Assembly (NCBI RefSeq): GCF_009914755.1
Contig: NC_060939.1
DNA: 64,000 nt
Reading direction: 5' to 3' (one strand)
Origin: the human T2T-CHM13v2.0 reference genome, Homo sapiens
Each line of letters begins with the position of its first letter. Position 1 is the stretch's first letter. The notes below the pieces were generated by a model. The model saw only the letters and a program-made list of their open reading frames with translations, had not been told where the DNA came from and made no database searches. The position numbers and the translations under genes were made by a program. Shown here piece after piece: positions 37,829 to 51,931 of the stretch.

Positions 37829-40800
37829 AGGATGTGACATTTTTAAAGGATCCTATAGTAGAGCAGGGGGCCCAAATAATTCTGCACTCCCAAGACGCAA
37901 TCTGAACAGGGCAATATCAGCATTGCCTGATGTTCTTATTCTGTATTCTGTGCTCCCATGAGTTTTGGGAGGTTTTCATTTGGTTTTTATTTCCTTTCTT
38001 CCTTTTTCTTCCTCTCTCTCTTTCTTTTTTCTTTCTTCCTTTCTTTCTCTCTATTTCTTTGCCAGACATTGAGGATAATGAATGAGCACTGATTAAATTT
38101 TTCCAGCACTGCTTAAAGTTTTTGTACTTAAAAAGGTTAAATCATTAGGTTGTTGGGTGTGGATAGGGAGGTAGAAAACTCATCTCCAAAAATATACCCT
38201 CTTTCTTTCTTGTTTATATAAAATGTTGTCCTGAAGGCTTCGCAGGACTGGAGAGCAAGCACACAAACAAAATCAGGTCATAACCATTCTGCTGTCTGCT
38301 CCTCTCCCCACTGGGCCCTGGGTGGAGCCCCAGGACAAAGGTCTGGGGGGCACCAGGAAGCAAGGCCAGAAAACCCCAGGAGGGGACTTTTGCATGCCTT
38401 GGCTCAGGCTCAGAAGTGCAGGGAAGAAACTGAAATAAGTGGCTAGATCCTCACAGCCCAGGCCAGTGATGCTGGCTCCCCAGCCCAGCACAGGGTCCCT
38501 GCTCAGAGAGAGGCGGCCTCAGTTCTCTCATCTGTGAAATGGAGCTGTTGTGAAAACCCACCAGGATGACCCATGGGACTGGCGGGAGGGAAGACCAGGC
38601 TTGGGGCAGGAGCTCAGGAAGTGTGGGTTGAGCCCCATCTGTGAAGATGGGCTTGGGGTAAGGAGGAGCTTCTGCAGGTCAAAAAGCATGAGTTTTTAAG
38701 AAACTCTTTCTGTTCCTAGCTTGGGAAGCACATGTCTTCTGTGAATCATTTCTTCTTCCTGCAGCATGGGGGTGTTTTTTTCCCCACTTCATCTTGAAGT
38801 CATGTAAACCTCTAATGCCAATTTCTGCTTCCGCACAGGCTGGTTGCCAGCAGCCGCCTGCCTGTGCCATCTTGAGGCAGCGTGACTGGTGAGGAGGCTG
38901 CAGGGCAGTGTCCCCCTCCAGAGAGAAGGCCCTGCCCTGCACTTGCCATGTTTTAAGCATCTGGCATGGGGCAGTGGAAAGAACTCTTGATTAGCATCAG
39001 AAGCCCTGAGTGCCTCATGGTCCTGCCACAAAGCTGCTTCTGCCACCTCAGACTTCAGCTTCCACCCTGGGAAATGGGGCATCTGGTCGAAATATGCACA
39101 AAGGGCCTCCTCAGCTTTGTGGTCCCATGGAAAGGGCTGGGACAGCTGGAGGAAGGCTAGCAGGGAGCTGAGACCTCTCCTTCCAGGTCCTCCCTCCAGG
39201 TCCCCACTTGATCTGGGCCTCCATTCCCTGACAGGGTTCAAGGCAGCAGCAGCTACTGGATAACGCAGACCAGATGCAGCCCTTTCCCCAGACATGCTCA
39301 GGGGCCTTCCTCCTCGGAGGCCTTGGGGATATTTGAAACTCCTCGGAGTTTGGCTTCAGAGGCTGGAGTGGAAACCACAGCTCCATTATGTGAGCACACA
39401 TGATCTCCCTGGGAGGAAAGGAATGGGCTGGCCTCAGAAAATGAGAGACAAGTTCGAGGCCACTGGGTCTATGGAGAACATGTTTTCATCTCTGAGTATG
39501 CCAGTGTCTGGGAACCTCAAGGAGGGCAGGTCCTACGTGCTCTGCCAGAACGGAGGGCCTGACCCCTGAAGGGGTGGGCTCTCTATGACCAGAGAATAGG
39601 AGCAAAGGCCAGGGGCTTTTACAGGGGAGACTTGAGCCTGGTATAAAGGCTGGACATCCACCAAGGAACCATTTCACTTCACCCCCAATGCCATCTCATA
39701 TTTTGAAAGCTTTACATTTGCCAGACAAGTCCTTGAGGAAGAAAAATTCCATTAAAGGGGAATGACTCCCTCCCCTCCCCTATGGCAACCCAAGCAACTA
39801 CATTTGCCCAAATAAGTGGAAGATGGTTCCAAAGCCACTGACAGTTAAGACACCCCAACTTCCATCACTGCCTAGTTGGGTAACTTTGGGCCAATAATTC
39901 AATATCTCCAGCCTCAGATTTCCCATTTGCCTAATGGAAATACTGAGCCTCACCTGACAGTGCTCTAAGGTGTGCAGGAAGGAGCCTAGCCGAGCCTCAG
40001 TAACGACAAGTCAGCGCACTCCCGAATAACAGGGATGAAACACTCATTCCCATTCCTAGGGATCCAAGACCCTCATAAGTTCCCAGCAGCACTTGTGGTT
40101 GGCAAAAATAACCAAGACATCCCCAGGGGTGGCTGTGGTCCAGGCTGAGGCAGTCAGCCTGCTCGGTGAGCGTATAGGCCTGAGTGATGGTGGGGGTGGA
40201 GGACTTTGAAAGCTGCAGAAAATGAGTCTCCATCACGTATACCCTTAAGGGCAGGAATCAGGGCTGAACCCATCTCTGCTGACGCTTCCAGCCTTAGATT
40301 CTTTCTCCCAAACACTCTCAGGGGTGAAGGCTCAGGCAGGCAATGGATCCCCAAGCTTGGTACTGCCCAACATCCATTCACCTGGGGTGCTCTGGGCTAG
40401 TTTCTTGGATATTTCTGTGAAGTGTGGGACAGACTTGTTTGGTAACTTAGGAACCTCAGTTTCCTCCTGTATGAAATGGAAGCAGTAGCCGTTTTAGCCC
40501 CCTGGCAGGTTGTTGTGAGGGTTAGGGAGAGTGGACAGTAAGCCCGATTGTGTGATCCTCCCCACGCGGTAGGGAGAGACCTCAGGCTTTAGGGCACCAA
40601 GGACTGGGGTTGCAGCCAGGGTGATCAACTCCTAGGAGAAGGGTCCATCCCCTGTACAGGGTCTGGGAGTGGGTGGGGCAGGTTCCTGTAAAATTTAAGA
40701 TTTGTGGATAGAAAGAGATTAGACTTAGTGATGAACCTTGTAATAGTCAGGCCATGCTGGCCAAAGATAATGAAGGCTTTTCTACTCCTGCCAGACCCCT

Positions 40801-41051
40801 GACTGGGTCTCTGTCTGTGCCCTCCCTGGCCACAGTCCATCCTTCCTCTCATCCACCATTCATTCATGCCATCACTCATTCCACAAACACTTTTCAAGCC
40901 CCTTCTCTGTTCCCAGCACCGGGGATACAGCTGCAGATGAGGGTGAGTCTTGCCCTCCTAGGGCTTACAGGCCACACGGGGGAGAAAGGCCTTAAACAAA
41001 TGGCGACACACATCAATACAAATAAATACAAAATTACAATTTTTTTAAAAG

Positions 41052-41365
<314 letters not shown>

Positions 41366-42259
41366 CAAAATTACAAAATTTAGCAAGTGAGTGGAAGGAA
41401 AAGAATGAGATGTTACAAGAGTGGATAATGAGAGCTGACTCTTCCTAAAGGCCAGGGCTTACTGTGAGGCTGCAGCATCCGAAACACTCGATATTTGATA
41501 ACTGGATCCTCACCATGTTCCTGCAGGGTGGGTGCTGCTGCTCTCGCCATTTTCCAGGTAAGAAAACTGAGTCTCAATAGGTGGAAAGTCTTGTTCAAGA
41601 TCCACGACTAGGAGAGTGGAGCCGTGGTGTGGCCCGGCTCTGGCCCAGAAGCTGCACTACCCCAGGAAGTGGGAGACCAAGAGCGGCTGCTCCAGGACCG
41701 GCCTTCTGCTGAGATGGGACAGGTGAGCCGAGTTGGCTTGAGAAAGAATAGGAAGGAGGACTTCTAGGAACAGCTTAGGCCTGTGTCCTATGGGCAGGAA
41801 AGAAAGGCAAGCAAGAGGGGATGAATGAAGAGAGAGAAGGAGAATGGAGGAATGGGGCATTCAGGGCCTTGAGGGCCATGGGGTATCTGCCACATCCTGA
41901 GCGAATGGAAGGCTGATTTGGGGTGGGAGCCTGGAACCATGATGAATCGCTAACTTGATGCAAAAACACACTTCCCAGGGCCAGGGCTGATCCCAGATCT
42001 CCGTCATTCCCTGTCATCCTGTGACATTGGAGGGCAGGCTTCCATCTTTCTTTTTTTTTACAAATGAGGAAACCAAGACTTGGAGCAAAAGTCAGATGTT
42101 TTTGCTTAAGGTCACAGAGATTGACATGGCGAGTTCCCTGCCTTTTATCCCCACACCCAAATCCAACCAACCTGAGCAGAAGTTTTAGTCCACTGAAGAT
42201 CAGTCAGCCCTTCAGGAACAACTGCCTTGTCTAGTGGAGAAGATGGACATTGTGGCAGA

Positions 42260-42711
42260 TCAGTTGCATGCAGGGCCCTGCAATTCTTCCCCACTGCCTG
42301 TAACCACGTCCTTTGCCAAGTAACTCTGCAATACCCTCCTGCCCTGGGTAAAAAGTTCTGCCAAACCTGGGCTCTGGGCTCACCTCTGCACTTTGCTTGG
42401 ACTGATAGGATGGTAGCTGACTTGGCACAGCAGAGGCCTGACAAAGCACCCGCACATTTCCCCTTTTGCCTCTTCTCTTCTGCCATTGTCATGAGACCAT
42501 GCTGGGCTAGCTTGCTGAAGGACCAGATGCGGCCTCAAGCCAAGTCCCCTCTGTCATCCCAGCTGAGCCATCACAGATCAACAAGCTGACCTACATGTGA
42601 GAGACCCCAACCCAGATCAGCCAAACCCCACAAACTCTGTGCTAAATAAATGTTCAAATCTGCAATTTTGGGTTGTTACGCAGCATTATTATGGTGATTG
42701 AGGACAGGTAC
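42260..42711 (+). mobile_element. MLT1-family (H/I/J-like) LTR
   Basis: cctttgccaagtaactctgca...catgctgggctagcttgctg...aataaatgttc..ttttgggttgttacgcagcattattatggtgattg..gacaggtaca. Confidence 0.6.
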
Positions 42712-42832
42712 AGACATGCATGTAACCAATTTAACTACAGATTGCAGATGATAGGGGCTCTGCCGGTCACCTGCATGGAGCAGGGGAGGAACAATTAATT
42801 CTGAACCCAGAGGTCAGGGAACGCATCATAGC

Positions 42833-42982
42833 GCAATGAACACAAGAGCTGAATCTTGAACAAGAAGGAAGAAGGCATCCCAGCCAGATGAGACAGACAT
42901 AGGCCCTGATCCCTGGTTCCCATGGTTCCCAGTCAATTTGCAAGAGCTTGCCTTCTATTTTGTTCTTTCCAGCAAAGCCCTG
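42833..42982. repeat. Arm A of a 150-bp inverted duplication (partner 44,260-44,409)
   Basis: Reverse complement aligns without gaps, 10 mismatches in 150. Confidence 0.95.
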
Positions 42983-44259
42983 GGTAGCTGTGTGCTTCCT
43001 CCACATCCCATTTGGTGGAACTCCTATGACTTGTTAACGGAGTTCCTATGACGAGAATGACAAGCTTGGACTCTGGGCTCGCACTACTGGGATTTCAGCC
43101 CCAGCTCTGCCCATTTCTAGCTGTGTGACCTTGGGCCAGTTACTTAAGCTCTCTGTTCTTCAGTTTCCTCATCAGTAAAATGAGGTTAATGCTCAGGCCT
43201 CAGGGGATCTTAGAGTGGGTAATGGAAAGCACAGCCCCCTCTCTCAGACCCCACTCTGGGCTTGGAGGCAGAAGAGTAGGAGAGGCACCTGGTGCAAGGC
43301 CTTGGCACAGAACTCCAGCTCTGCTTCCAACATGCTGGGTGACTTGAAGCTCCAGTTTTCCCATCTGTAAAGTGGCAATCTGCTTCTTCAGGACATAGTG
43401 AGGTTTCAAGATCTCAATGGGAAAGGCCTTTGTAAGAGCTCAGGTGCTGCACACATGTCTGTTACTGCAGAGACTTCTCTGAAAGAGAGCAGTGGAACAG
43501 GCCAACATCTCTTCAGCTCCTCATGGGCCTGGGCTCTCAACAAAGGTGCTCTTGCCTAGCCTACGAGGCCCAGCTGGGGCTCAGCTTCTCAGGGAGCCAT
43601 CCTCGACACCCGTGCTTTCCCTCCTACACCTCCCAGCCTTTGATATCCCCTACTCTGGAAGGTGGCCCCAGTAGGCCCAGCACTCCCAGAGCCAACTCTA
43701 GCCAGCAGGAGGGCTGGGCCTGCCGGGGCCCACCTTGCAGGCAGATCTGACACTGCCCCTGCTACCAGGCCAGCACGCCATGAGCCTGGAAACGGGCTGA
43801 GGGGACCTGCATGGTTAGCAAGCCCAAGTGCCACCATGAATACTCACTCAGGCAGCTCCCACGGGGACCACACAGGGAATCAATGCATGATGTGGCCCAG
43901 GGAATGGAACCTCCCAGGGTGGGCAGCCTGTGCCAGACTAGAAAGTGTGTATCCCCCCATTCCAACAGAGTGTTTTAATACAGTGCACTCAAAGCACCGG
44001 AACAAAGAGCAGAACTACAGGACAGAGGCATCTTCGTTTCCCAGTCACAAATGTCTGCTCTGTATGTTTTTGGGGTGTCATGGGGTGGGGGAAAAGATGT
44101 GTTTTTCGTTTCTTTTCTTTTTTTTTTTTTTACAAACAGATAAAATCAGCCAACCTGGAAGGGAAGAGAAGTACCTGTCGTCTGCTCTGCTTCTGTGAAG
44201 GAGGGTGGGGTGGGGGTTCAGGGTCTAATTGGGTGGAGAACCTACTGTGCGCAAGAGCA

Positions 44260-44409
44260 CAGGCCTTTGCTGGAGAGAACAAAACAGAAGGCAAGCTCTT
44301 GCCTATTGACTGGGAACCACGGGAACCAGGGATCAGGGCCTGTGTCTGTCTCATCTGGCTGGGATGCCTTCTTCCTTCTCATTCAAGATTCAGCTCTTGT
44401 GTTCACTGC
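44260..44409. repeat. Arm B of the 150-bp inverted duplication (partner 42,833-42,982)
   Basis: Shared peptide FAG.NK.EGKLL.IDWEP.EPGIRA.VCLIWLGCLLPS.SRFSSCVHC in opposite-strand ORFs. Confidence 0.95.
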
Positions 44410-45910
44410 TCTTATTTTGTCTGCCCAGCATTGCCCTTTGCAAGAACTGCTCCGCACTGTCATCAGCCACCAGTTTCCAGCAGGATTTGCCACGTTTGTT
44501 CAAAGTGACCCTCCTCCCCAGGTGGCAAGCACCTGACTCAGGCTGAGCCAATCAGTGCCTTCTGCAGAGAATTCGGAATTGGAAGCAGAGGACCTCAGTT
44601 GCCTCATGTCTGGAGGCCACATCAACCCAAGTGCTGTTGACAGCCATGCTTACTCCTGCTGACCAGAGGAGAGGGCAGAGCCAGGGGCTGGGAGAGGAGA
44701 GGGCAGAGACAGCAGGGAGAAGCCAGGTGAAAGAAGGAGAGGGATCCCAGCTGGGCCTTTGGTCAGGTATTCCAGGAGTTACCCCTGGCTCCTTTCTGTA
44801 ATTTCCATATCCCTCCCCCTAACATTTTTCTTTTTCTTGCTATAGCAAGTTTAGGTGAGTTTTTGTTGCATACAAATAAAACAATCCCACGTGAGATAAA
44901 GAAAAGCATGGTGAGATCTCGCCTCATATGGCTACCTCTCTTTGAACCAGCTGCTTTGTTCACATTATTTCATTAGATTCTTTTGATGACTTCATAAGGT
45001 AGGGATTGTTACTGTCTCCATTTGACAGATGAGAAAATTTAGGCCCAGAGAGGTTAAACAGCTTGAGAAGAGTCACACAGCTGAAAGGAACTTGAGTCTG
45101 GGCTGGCTGCTTCTAGTCGCCGTGTGGTGCACTCTTCTTATGCACTTACCTGGCCTTGTGGAGAGGTTTGCATTTGAAAGGCTGAGGGATCTGTTGGGCC
45201 TCCTGTGGAGCCTGTGATTCTCTGGAGTATTTGACTGTGTTCTACTAAATAAATTTGTACATGTCGAGAAGGAGCCAAGCTGGCTGGCCTTTAAGTTTTC
45301 AGTGCTGAGCTGGAGGTGGCCCCCTTGGGGAACCCAGCCAAGGTCTGGCCAAGACCCCAGACCAGGCCGGTTGGCCAAGGAGGCCGACATCATGTCCTGC
45401 CACAGCAATGAGACCTGCTAGTGAGTCGTGGGCTCAGATGGGCCTGGGACAGATATGGCCCTCTCCCTGACCCTGAGCCTAAGCCACCCACTCAAGGAAG
45501 CATTTCAGGGCCCAGGTGGCTGTGACCTTCTTTCCTCTGTTCTCCTTGACACCCATTTTGCCATGGTCACCTCTCAGGGCTCTGGAACCCTTGGCTGAGT
45601 TCTGCTGAAGAGCCATGCAAGACAAGACTGAGACCAAAGGAGGCTTGGCCCTCGTCCCCTTCAGGCGCGGACGATTGTCCTTGGAAGGGCAGATGGAGAG
45701 AAGACGCAATACTGGCTGGGCCATGGGAAGCCACGGGACCCCAGAGGAAATAGCAGGGGACCCAGTAGCTCAGGGAAGATGCTCAGAGCCACAGCCATGT
45801 ACAGACAGGTGACTTCTCCAGAGACAGAGGCCAGCCCACTCCTGTTCTTTAAAAGATTTAACATTTGCTCATTTGAATTCTATGAACATATAGTTTCAAA
45901 AGAAATGGAA

Positions 45911-46361
45911 TGAGAAAAGAAAAGACCTTTTATGTGAGGAATGTGAGCCCTTTATCAGGCCCAGAGAGACATTAAAATGAGACAGCAATCACATCCTAGT
46001 TCCCCCTTGAGCCATGTCTTCAACTCTTGAAACTGCTGCAATTGCCGCAAGTGGTTATAAATTAACGTAACAATGTGGCACAGGACACTATCACCCATAC
46101 CCTACAGGTTAACAATGTATACCAATCACTAATCAATGTTATTTCTGTAAACCAACACGAATTCCTGACAAACAACTTTGTATCAGGCAACTACCTGTCC
46201 CCCCTTTTTTGCCTTTAAAAATCCACTTGTAACTGCTGCTAATTGGAGTGTATATTCTGGGCAACTTAAATCTATGCTCCTGAGGTTGCAACCTCAAGCT
46301 TATTCCAGATAAACTCTCTATTTATATCTATTGTGCCTACCTTCTTCCTTTTAGGTCCTCA
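45911..46361 (+). mobile_element. ERV1 (MER4-group, LTR56-like) solo LTR
   Basis: TG...CA ends; gaggaatgtgagccc..atcaggcccagagag..cctttaaaaatccacttgtaactgctgctaat..ataaactctc. Confidence 0.65.
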
Positions 46362-46424
46362 GGGACCATGCTATATGACATATATATATAATTTATGTAT
46401 ACTTATACATAAGTATAAATTATA

Positions 46425-46766
<342 letters not shown>

Positions 46767-46791
46767 TTAGATTATGGACCTCCTTCCAAAC

Positions 46792-47420
46792 TGTCAGAGG
46801 TGTTCAAACCAGAGCGACTCCATCTTGAATAGGGACTGGGTAAAATAAGGCTGAGACCTACTGGGCTGCATTCCCAGGAGGTTAGGCATTCTAAGTCACA
46901 GGATGAGATAGGAGATTGGCACAAGGGACGGGTCACAAAGACCTTGCTGATAAAACAGAGTGTGGAAAAGAAGCCGGCCAAAACCCACCCAAACCAAGAT
47001 GGTGACGAAAGTGACCTTTGGTCATCCTCACTGTTCATTATATACTAATTATAATGCATTGGCATGCTAAAAGACACCCAGCAGCGCCATGACAGTTCAC
47101 AAATGCCATGGCAATGTCAGGAAGTTACCCTATATGGTCTAAAAGGGGGAGGAACCCTCAGTTCCAATAATTACCCACCCCTTTCCTGGAAAACTCATGA
47201 ATAATCCACCCCTTGTTTAGCATATAATCAAGAAATAACTATTAAATATTCTTAGCCTAGCAGCCCAAGCCGCTGCTCTGCCTATGGAGTAGCCATTCTT
47301 TTATTCCTTTACTTACCTAATAAACTTGCTTTCGCTTTATGGATTTGCCTCAAATTCTTTCTTGTGCAAAATCCAAGAATCCTCTCTTGGAGGCTGGATT
47401 GGGACCACTTTCCGGCAACA
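46792..47420 (+). mobile_element. MER41B solo LTR (ERV1)
   Basis: tgtcagaggtgttcaaaccagagcgactccatcttgaatagg...ggtcacaaagaccttgctgataaaac...aataaacttgctttc...tttccggcaaca; 4-bp flanks aaac / aaat. Confidence 0.9.
47162..47191. promoter_or_regulatory. MER41B tandem GAS (STAT) motifs: one degenerate (TTCCAATAA), one intact (TTCCTGGAA)
   Basis: TTCN3GAA at 47,183-47,191; variant at 47,162-47,170. Confidence 0.6.
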
Positions 47421-48029
47421 AAATGAACGCACAGAGATCTATGTCATTCTTGTTCATAGTTGCCTAATAGTCCATAAAATGGACAGCCCAAAGAAAACTC
47501 AGGACAGGTTTCATTTTGAATCCAGACGCAAGAATACTAAGAAAAATATTAACAAAAGAAATCTACCACTGCACTAAATTAAAAGAATATTACCTCACAA
47601 CCCAATAGGAGTTTATTTTAGGAATGTGAGGATGGTCAATATCAGGAACTCTGCCAACAGAGCCCATTAAATTGACAGATGGTGGAGGGAAACCATGCCA
47701 TTCTCTCAATAGATAGTAAGAAGATTTATGTGCAGACTGGCAACCCTGCCTGATAAAGCAGTAGAAAGGAATCCCAAACATGGTCAGAAGTATTTACTAA
47801 TACCCAACAGCAAACAGGGGGGAGATATACTAACCATATTCTCATTAAAGTCTGGAGGCAGACAAGGCTCCAGGGTCCAGCACCACTATTATTATTTCAT
47901 GTTGTCCCAACTCAACGCCCAGGTAGAGTGAAGGTGAGTGGGGCCCAAGGACACAGTGGCGTCATGGGAGGAGCTGGCACCCAGTGGTCTGTGGGGAAAA
48001 TTCCCCTGCTCTATGGGGGTCCCTCCTGC

Positions 48030-48205
48030 CAGAGGTAAATTTACCCTGAAGCTAAAGACATTTAAGCCTCAGAGTCTCTCATTTGCACCCACCCCTTTCC
48101 AAGACCCTGTAACCAATTCTGCATTCACAATTTGGTATCCTTTTCTGTACAAATAGCCTTCCAATGGTATAGACTTCAGACCCATACACCCTGCACCCTC
48201 CCCTG
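48030..48205. mobile_element. MER53-like hAT MITE
   Basis: cagaggtaaatttaccctgaagctaa...cccctg; degenerate 8-bp TSD cctcctgc / actccagc. Confidence 0.7.
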
Positions 48206-49974
48206 ACTCCAGCTCTGCACTTTCCCCTGGATTTTAGTCACTGGGTTATTTGAATCCCCAGTGCCCTGCCACGGCCTGACTGTGGAGGGAATGAATGAGG
48301 AAGACAGGAACCTGACTCATTCAACATTTCTTCCCTGCCTTGGCAGAGCCTTACCCACCTCGCCAGGCAACAGCTTAGCCTGGTTTTTGCTCTCATGACA
48401 CCCAGGAGGTGCTGAAAGCCCGAGGAGAGTTAATCGAGTTGTGACCTTGGGTAACAGGACAGAGTCCCAAATGAGAGGAAACCACCAGGTCAAAGTGCCT
48501 GGGGTTGTGTGGCTGCGGAGAGATAGAGGCTGCAGGGAGCTGGCACTGGTGTTTGTGACTCTCTATCCGCCTGCAGCCATGATATCTGCAACCAACTCTC
48601 CAATGGTTCAGAGAAAAACTAAATGTAGCAAAAATTAAATTAGATAGAATGCCCAGCATGGGATGGGTCTCAGTAACCACGAGTTACTCCTCCATCTGCC
48701 TGGAGCCTCCTCTGCCCCGCCTCCTTCCTAGAGGGCCCCTTTTCCTTCCAACTCCTTTTGCTGAGCCCCTTTCCTCATCTTGGAAGGGAAGACCTCTGGG
48801 TGAAGAGGAGGAATCAGGCCACACCCATCTCCTTGGAATTCAAAGCCTCCCTAGACTCAGCTCCACACATTCTCCTCCCCATCCCTCCCCGACCTGGATC
48901 CTCACATAGTACCTGAACTTGCCATTGGCTTTCCACCACTCCAATTTGCTCACATGGCTCCCTTGGGCTGGAATGCCATCCTTCCCTTTTCCTTACCTTT
49001 CTCCCAAACCAAGGACCCTTTCCTGGCATGACTGTTGTGCTGTTAGCCCACTCTGCCATCTACTAGTCACTCTGTTGCCTCCATGAGCCTGGGAGCTCCA
49101 ATTCCCACGGACCAGGTTGCAATCCCTTCTGTATCTTGGGGATCTCCCAAGTGCCTAAGCCATAGTAGACACTCTACCCCTGTTTACTGTCGACATTTTA
49201 GCTGCCAGTATGAATCTGCTGCCATTTTGGGGACTAGTTAAGCACATGTTGGGACACTCATCCAATAGAATACTATGCAGCTGTCAAGAATGGCATGGAT
49301 TGGTATGGAGTAATCCAAGATCTGATAATACGTGAAAGAAGCAAGGTACATGCCTGTAAATGCAGCAAGCTATTATTTGTGTAAAGAAAAAAACCATACA
49401 TACTTGCACTAGCAAAGGTTACCTTGAGAGAGGGGAACTGGGGATCTGGAGGAATGCGGAAGAAAGGAGGGGTTTTGAGTTTGAGTATGTGCCATGTGTA
49501 TGTGAACTTAGCAAATTACCTCAAGAGTTGGGTGCTGAGGAATGTGAGCAGAAGCAAGCAGGCATCAGGCCTGAGTGGAGGAGAAGCCTGGATTGCCCGT
49601 GTGGCTCTTCCTGGAGGACCCCGACACAGCCGCTGGCAGCGGAAGGGTGCAGCATCCCCCCAGAATCCTCAGCGCCGTGGGCATCTCCCACCTAGTCAAT
49701 GTCCCAGCCTCTGGGTCCTGCCATGCCTCATGCCACCTGCTGCCCCACCTTTGCCGGGCTTGTGCCTTCAGCGAAGTGCCCTGCCTTTTTATTTCCACCA
49801 GCTCTGGTTTAGTTTTCAAGTCCTGACACAATTCCTGCCTCTTCCCTGGAGTACCCCTGGCCCCCGTCAGAGGCCTCCCTTCTGCCATCTCGCTCCCTCG
49901 GCCTGCGGTCCTCCCCTCTTCTGCCCTGCGGCAGAGGGCCATACACCTGCCTGCTGGGACACTGACATGCCTGA

Positions 49975-50147
49975 GTGTGTGTGTGTGTGTGTGTGTGTGC
50001 GTGTCTGTGTGTGTGTGTGAGGCCAGGTGGGATGTGTGTGTGAATGGGGTATGTATGTGTGTGAGTGTGTGGGTGGGTACAGGGTGTGTGTGTGTTAATG
50101 TATAGTGTGAGCGTGTGGGTGTGTACAGGGAGTGTGTGTGTTAAGGT

Positions 50148-50180
<33 letters not shown>
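49975..50180. repeat. Compound (TG)n microsatellite region
   Basis: Two longer near-perfect TG runs joined by degenerate TG-rich sequence. Confidence 0.95.
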
Positions 50181-50182
<2 letters not shown>

Positions 50183-50632
50183 TGAGAGGCAGGGCTCAGG
50201 GGGTCAACAAGGGCCCCAGGGAACTATTTTTTCTTTTTAGATTTCCTATATTTAAAACAAGGAAGAAATGTCAAAACAATATGCAAAATATCAATATACG
50301 TATTTAAAAATTTTTCATTTTAGAATCATTTCAAACCTATAGAAAATGTACCACGATCGTAGAGAGCTCCTGTATAGCCTTCACTCAAATAGTTTCTTAC
50401 CCCACATTTTATCATATTCCCTACCTCTCTCTCTTCATAATACATCTTTGCATGCATACTACATCCACATTTCTTTCTGCACAAGAGTACAGTAAGTTGA
50501 AGATGACATGTCCCTTTAACCCTAAATGCTTCAGCGGGCATTTCCTAACAGTAGGATTTTTTTTTTTTACATAACAACAGTATAGTTACCAGAATCAGGA
50601 AATTTCACAATGATACATTGCTATTATCTCAT

Positions 50633-50854
50633 CAAGGAGTCAGCAAACATTTTCTATAAAGAGCCGGATATTTTCAGTTTTGTGGGCCATATGGTCTCAA
50701 TTGCAACTACTCAACTCCGCCCCACTGTGCAAAAGCAGCCATAGATAAGGTGAAACGGACCAGGCATGGATGTGTTCCAATAAAACTTTATTTATGAAAA
50801 CAGGCAGCAGTTCAGGCCAGATTTGTCCTGAGGGCTGTAGCTTGCCAACTCCTG
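50633..50854. mobile_element. MER58A hAT MITE inserted in an old L1ME fragment
   Basis: caaggagtcagcaaacatttt...ccaataaaactttattt...gcttgccaactcctg. Confidence 0.8.
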
Positions 50855-51473
50855 ATGGTTCATATTCAAATTTGGCCAACTGTCCCAATAATAAAATCTT
50901 TTAGAGTGATATTGTTTCCTGATCTCTGTATAGATTTTAAATGTTTATCTTGAACAAATTAATGCTCTTAATCCTCCAAAATAGAACTGAAAATAACTGT
51001 GATATTCACATGGCGATCACAGGGTTTAAAAATGTCTGAATTCATGCTGCGGCCCTGACAGGCAGTGCAGTCCTGTGATGGGTGTGGGTTTCATCTGTGT
51101 CTTCTCCTTTGTCCGATCCTAAATGCAGCTCTGTGAAGTTCTGAATAACTTCATTTAAGGTTGCTCCACAAGTCTATGTTAGGGTTCTTTGTGGGGGTGA
51201 CCCCTATACCAAATGACTCTGCTGGCCTCCCAGTGACCTTAGATCCTCCTTAAGGACAGCAACCAGGTTCTGTTCCTCACAGAGCATGGCCCTAGAGCCT
51301 GGCCCAGCAAGACCCATAGACCTGGGTCACGGTGAGGTGTGGCCTGGTGCAAGTCGTCTCTCCTCTGGGAGTTGCCATTTCCTGTTGCTTGTGAGGCTCA
51401 CTCAAGCTCAGAATGAGAAGCACCTGGCTTAGCCCTGGGGCATAGTAGTGAAGGTTTAAATAAAAATGTCTCT

Positions 51474-51770
51474 AGCCGGGTGCGGTGGCTCACGTCTGTA
51501 ATCCCAGCACTTTGGGAAGCTGAGGCGGGTGGATCACCTGAGGTCGCTAGTTCGAGACCAGACTGACCAACATGGAGAAACCCTGTTTCTACTAAAAATG
51601 CAAAATTAGCCGGGCGTGGTGGCAGGTGCCTGTAATCCCTTCCCTATGGGGGAGGCTGAGACAGGAGAATCGCTTGAACCCTGGAGGTGGAGGTTGCGGT
51701 GAGCCAAGATAGCACCACTGAACTCCAGCTTGGGCAACAAGAGTGAAACTCCATCTGAAAAAAAAAAAAA
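51474..51770 (+). mobile_element. Alu (AluSp-like)
   Basis: Full dimer; ctgaccaacatggagaaa diagnostic. Confidence 0.94.
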
Positions 51771-51931
51771 GTCTCCAAAAAACCAGTTGGGTAGCCAGAT
51801 GAATCAAGGGCTGCTGAGTGTTTGCTCCAAAGGCCACAGAGGCTGAGTAGTAGGCGCAACTATGACAGCCAGAGAAGACAAGAAGGGCATCCGGAGACTT
51901 CTGGCCCCACTGGCCTTTCTCTCTCTCTCAC

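Noticed and set aside
43662-44536. Overlapping 178- and 187-aa ORFs, and an apparent paralogous peptide at 42,767-43,006
   Set aside because: Non-ATG starts, poly-T-derived Phe runs, no domain; the shared peptide only reflects the DNA inverted duplication.
46385-46424. Imperfect AT-rich palindrome before an Alu
   Set aside because: Low-complexity TA-derived sequence is self-complementary by composition.
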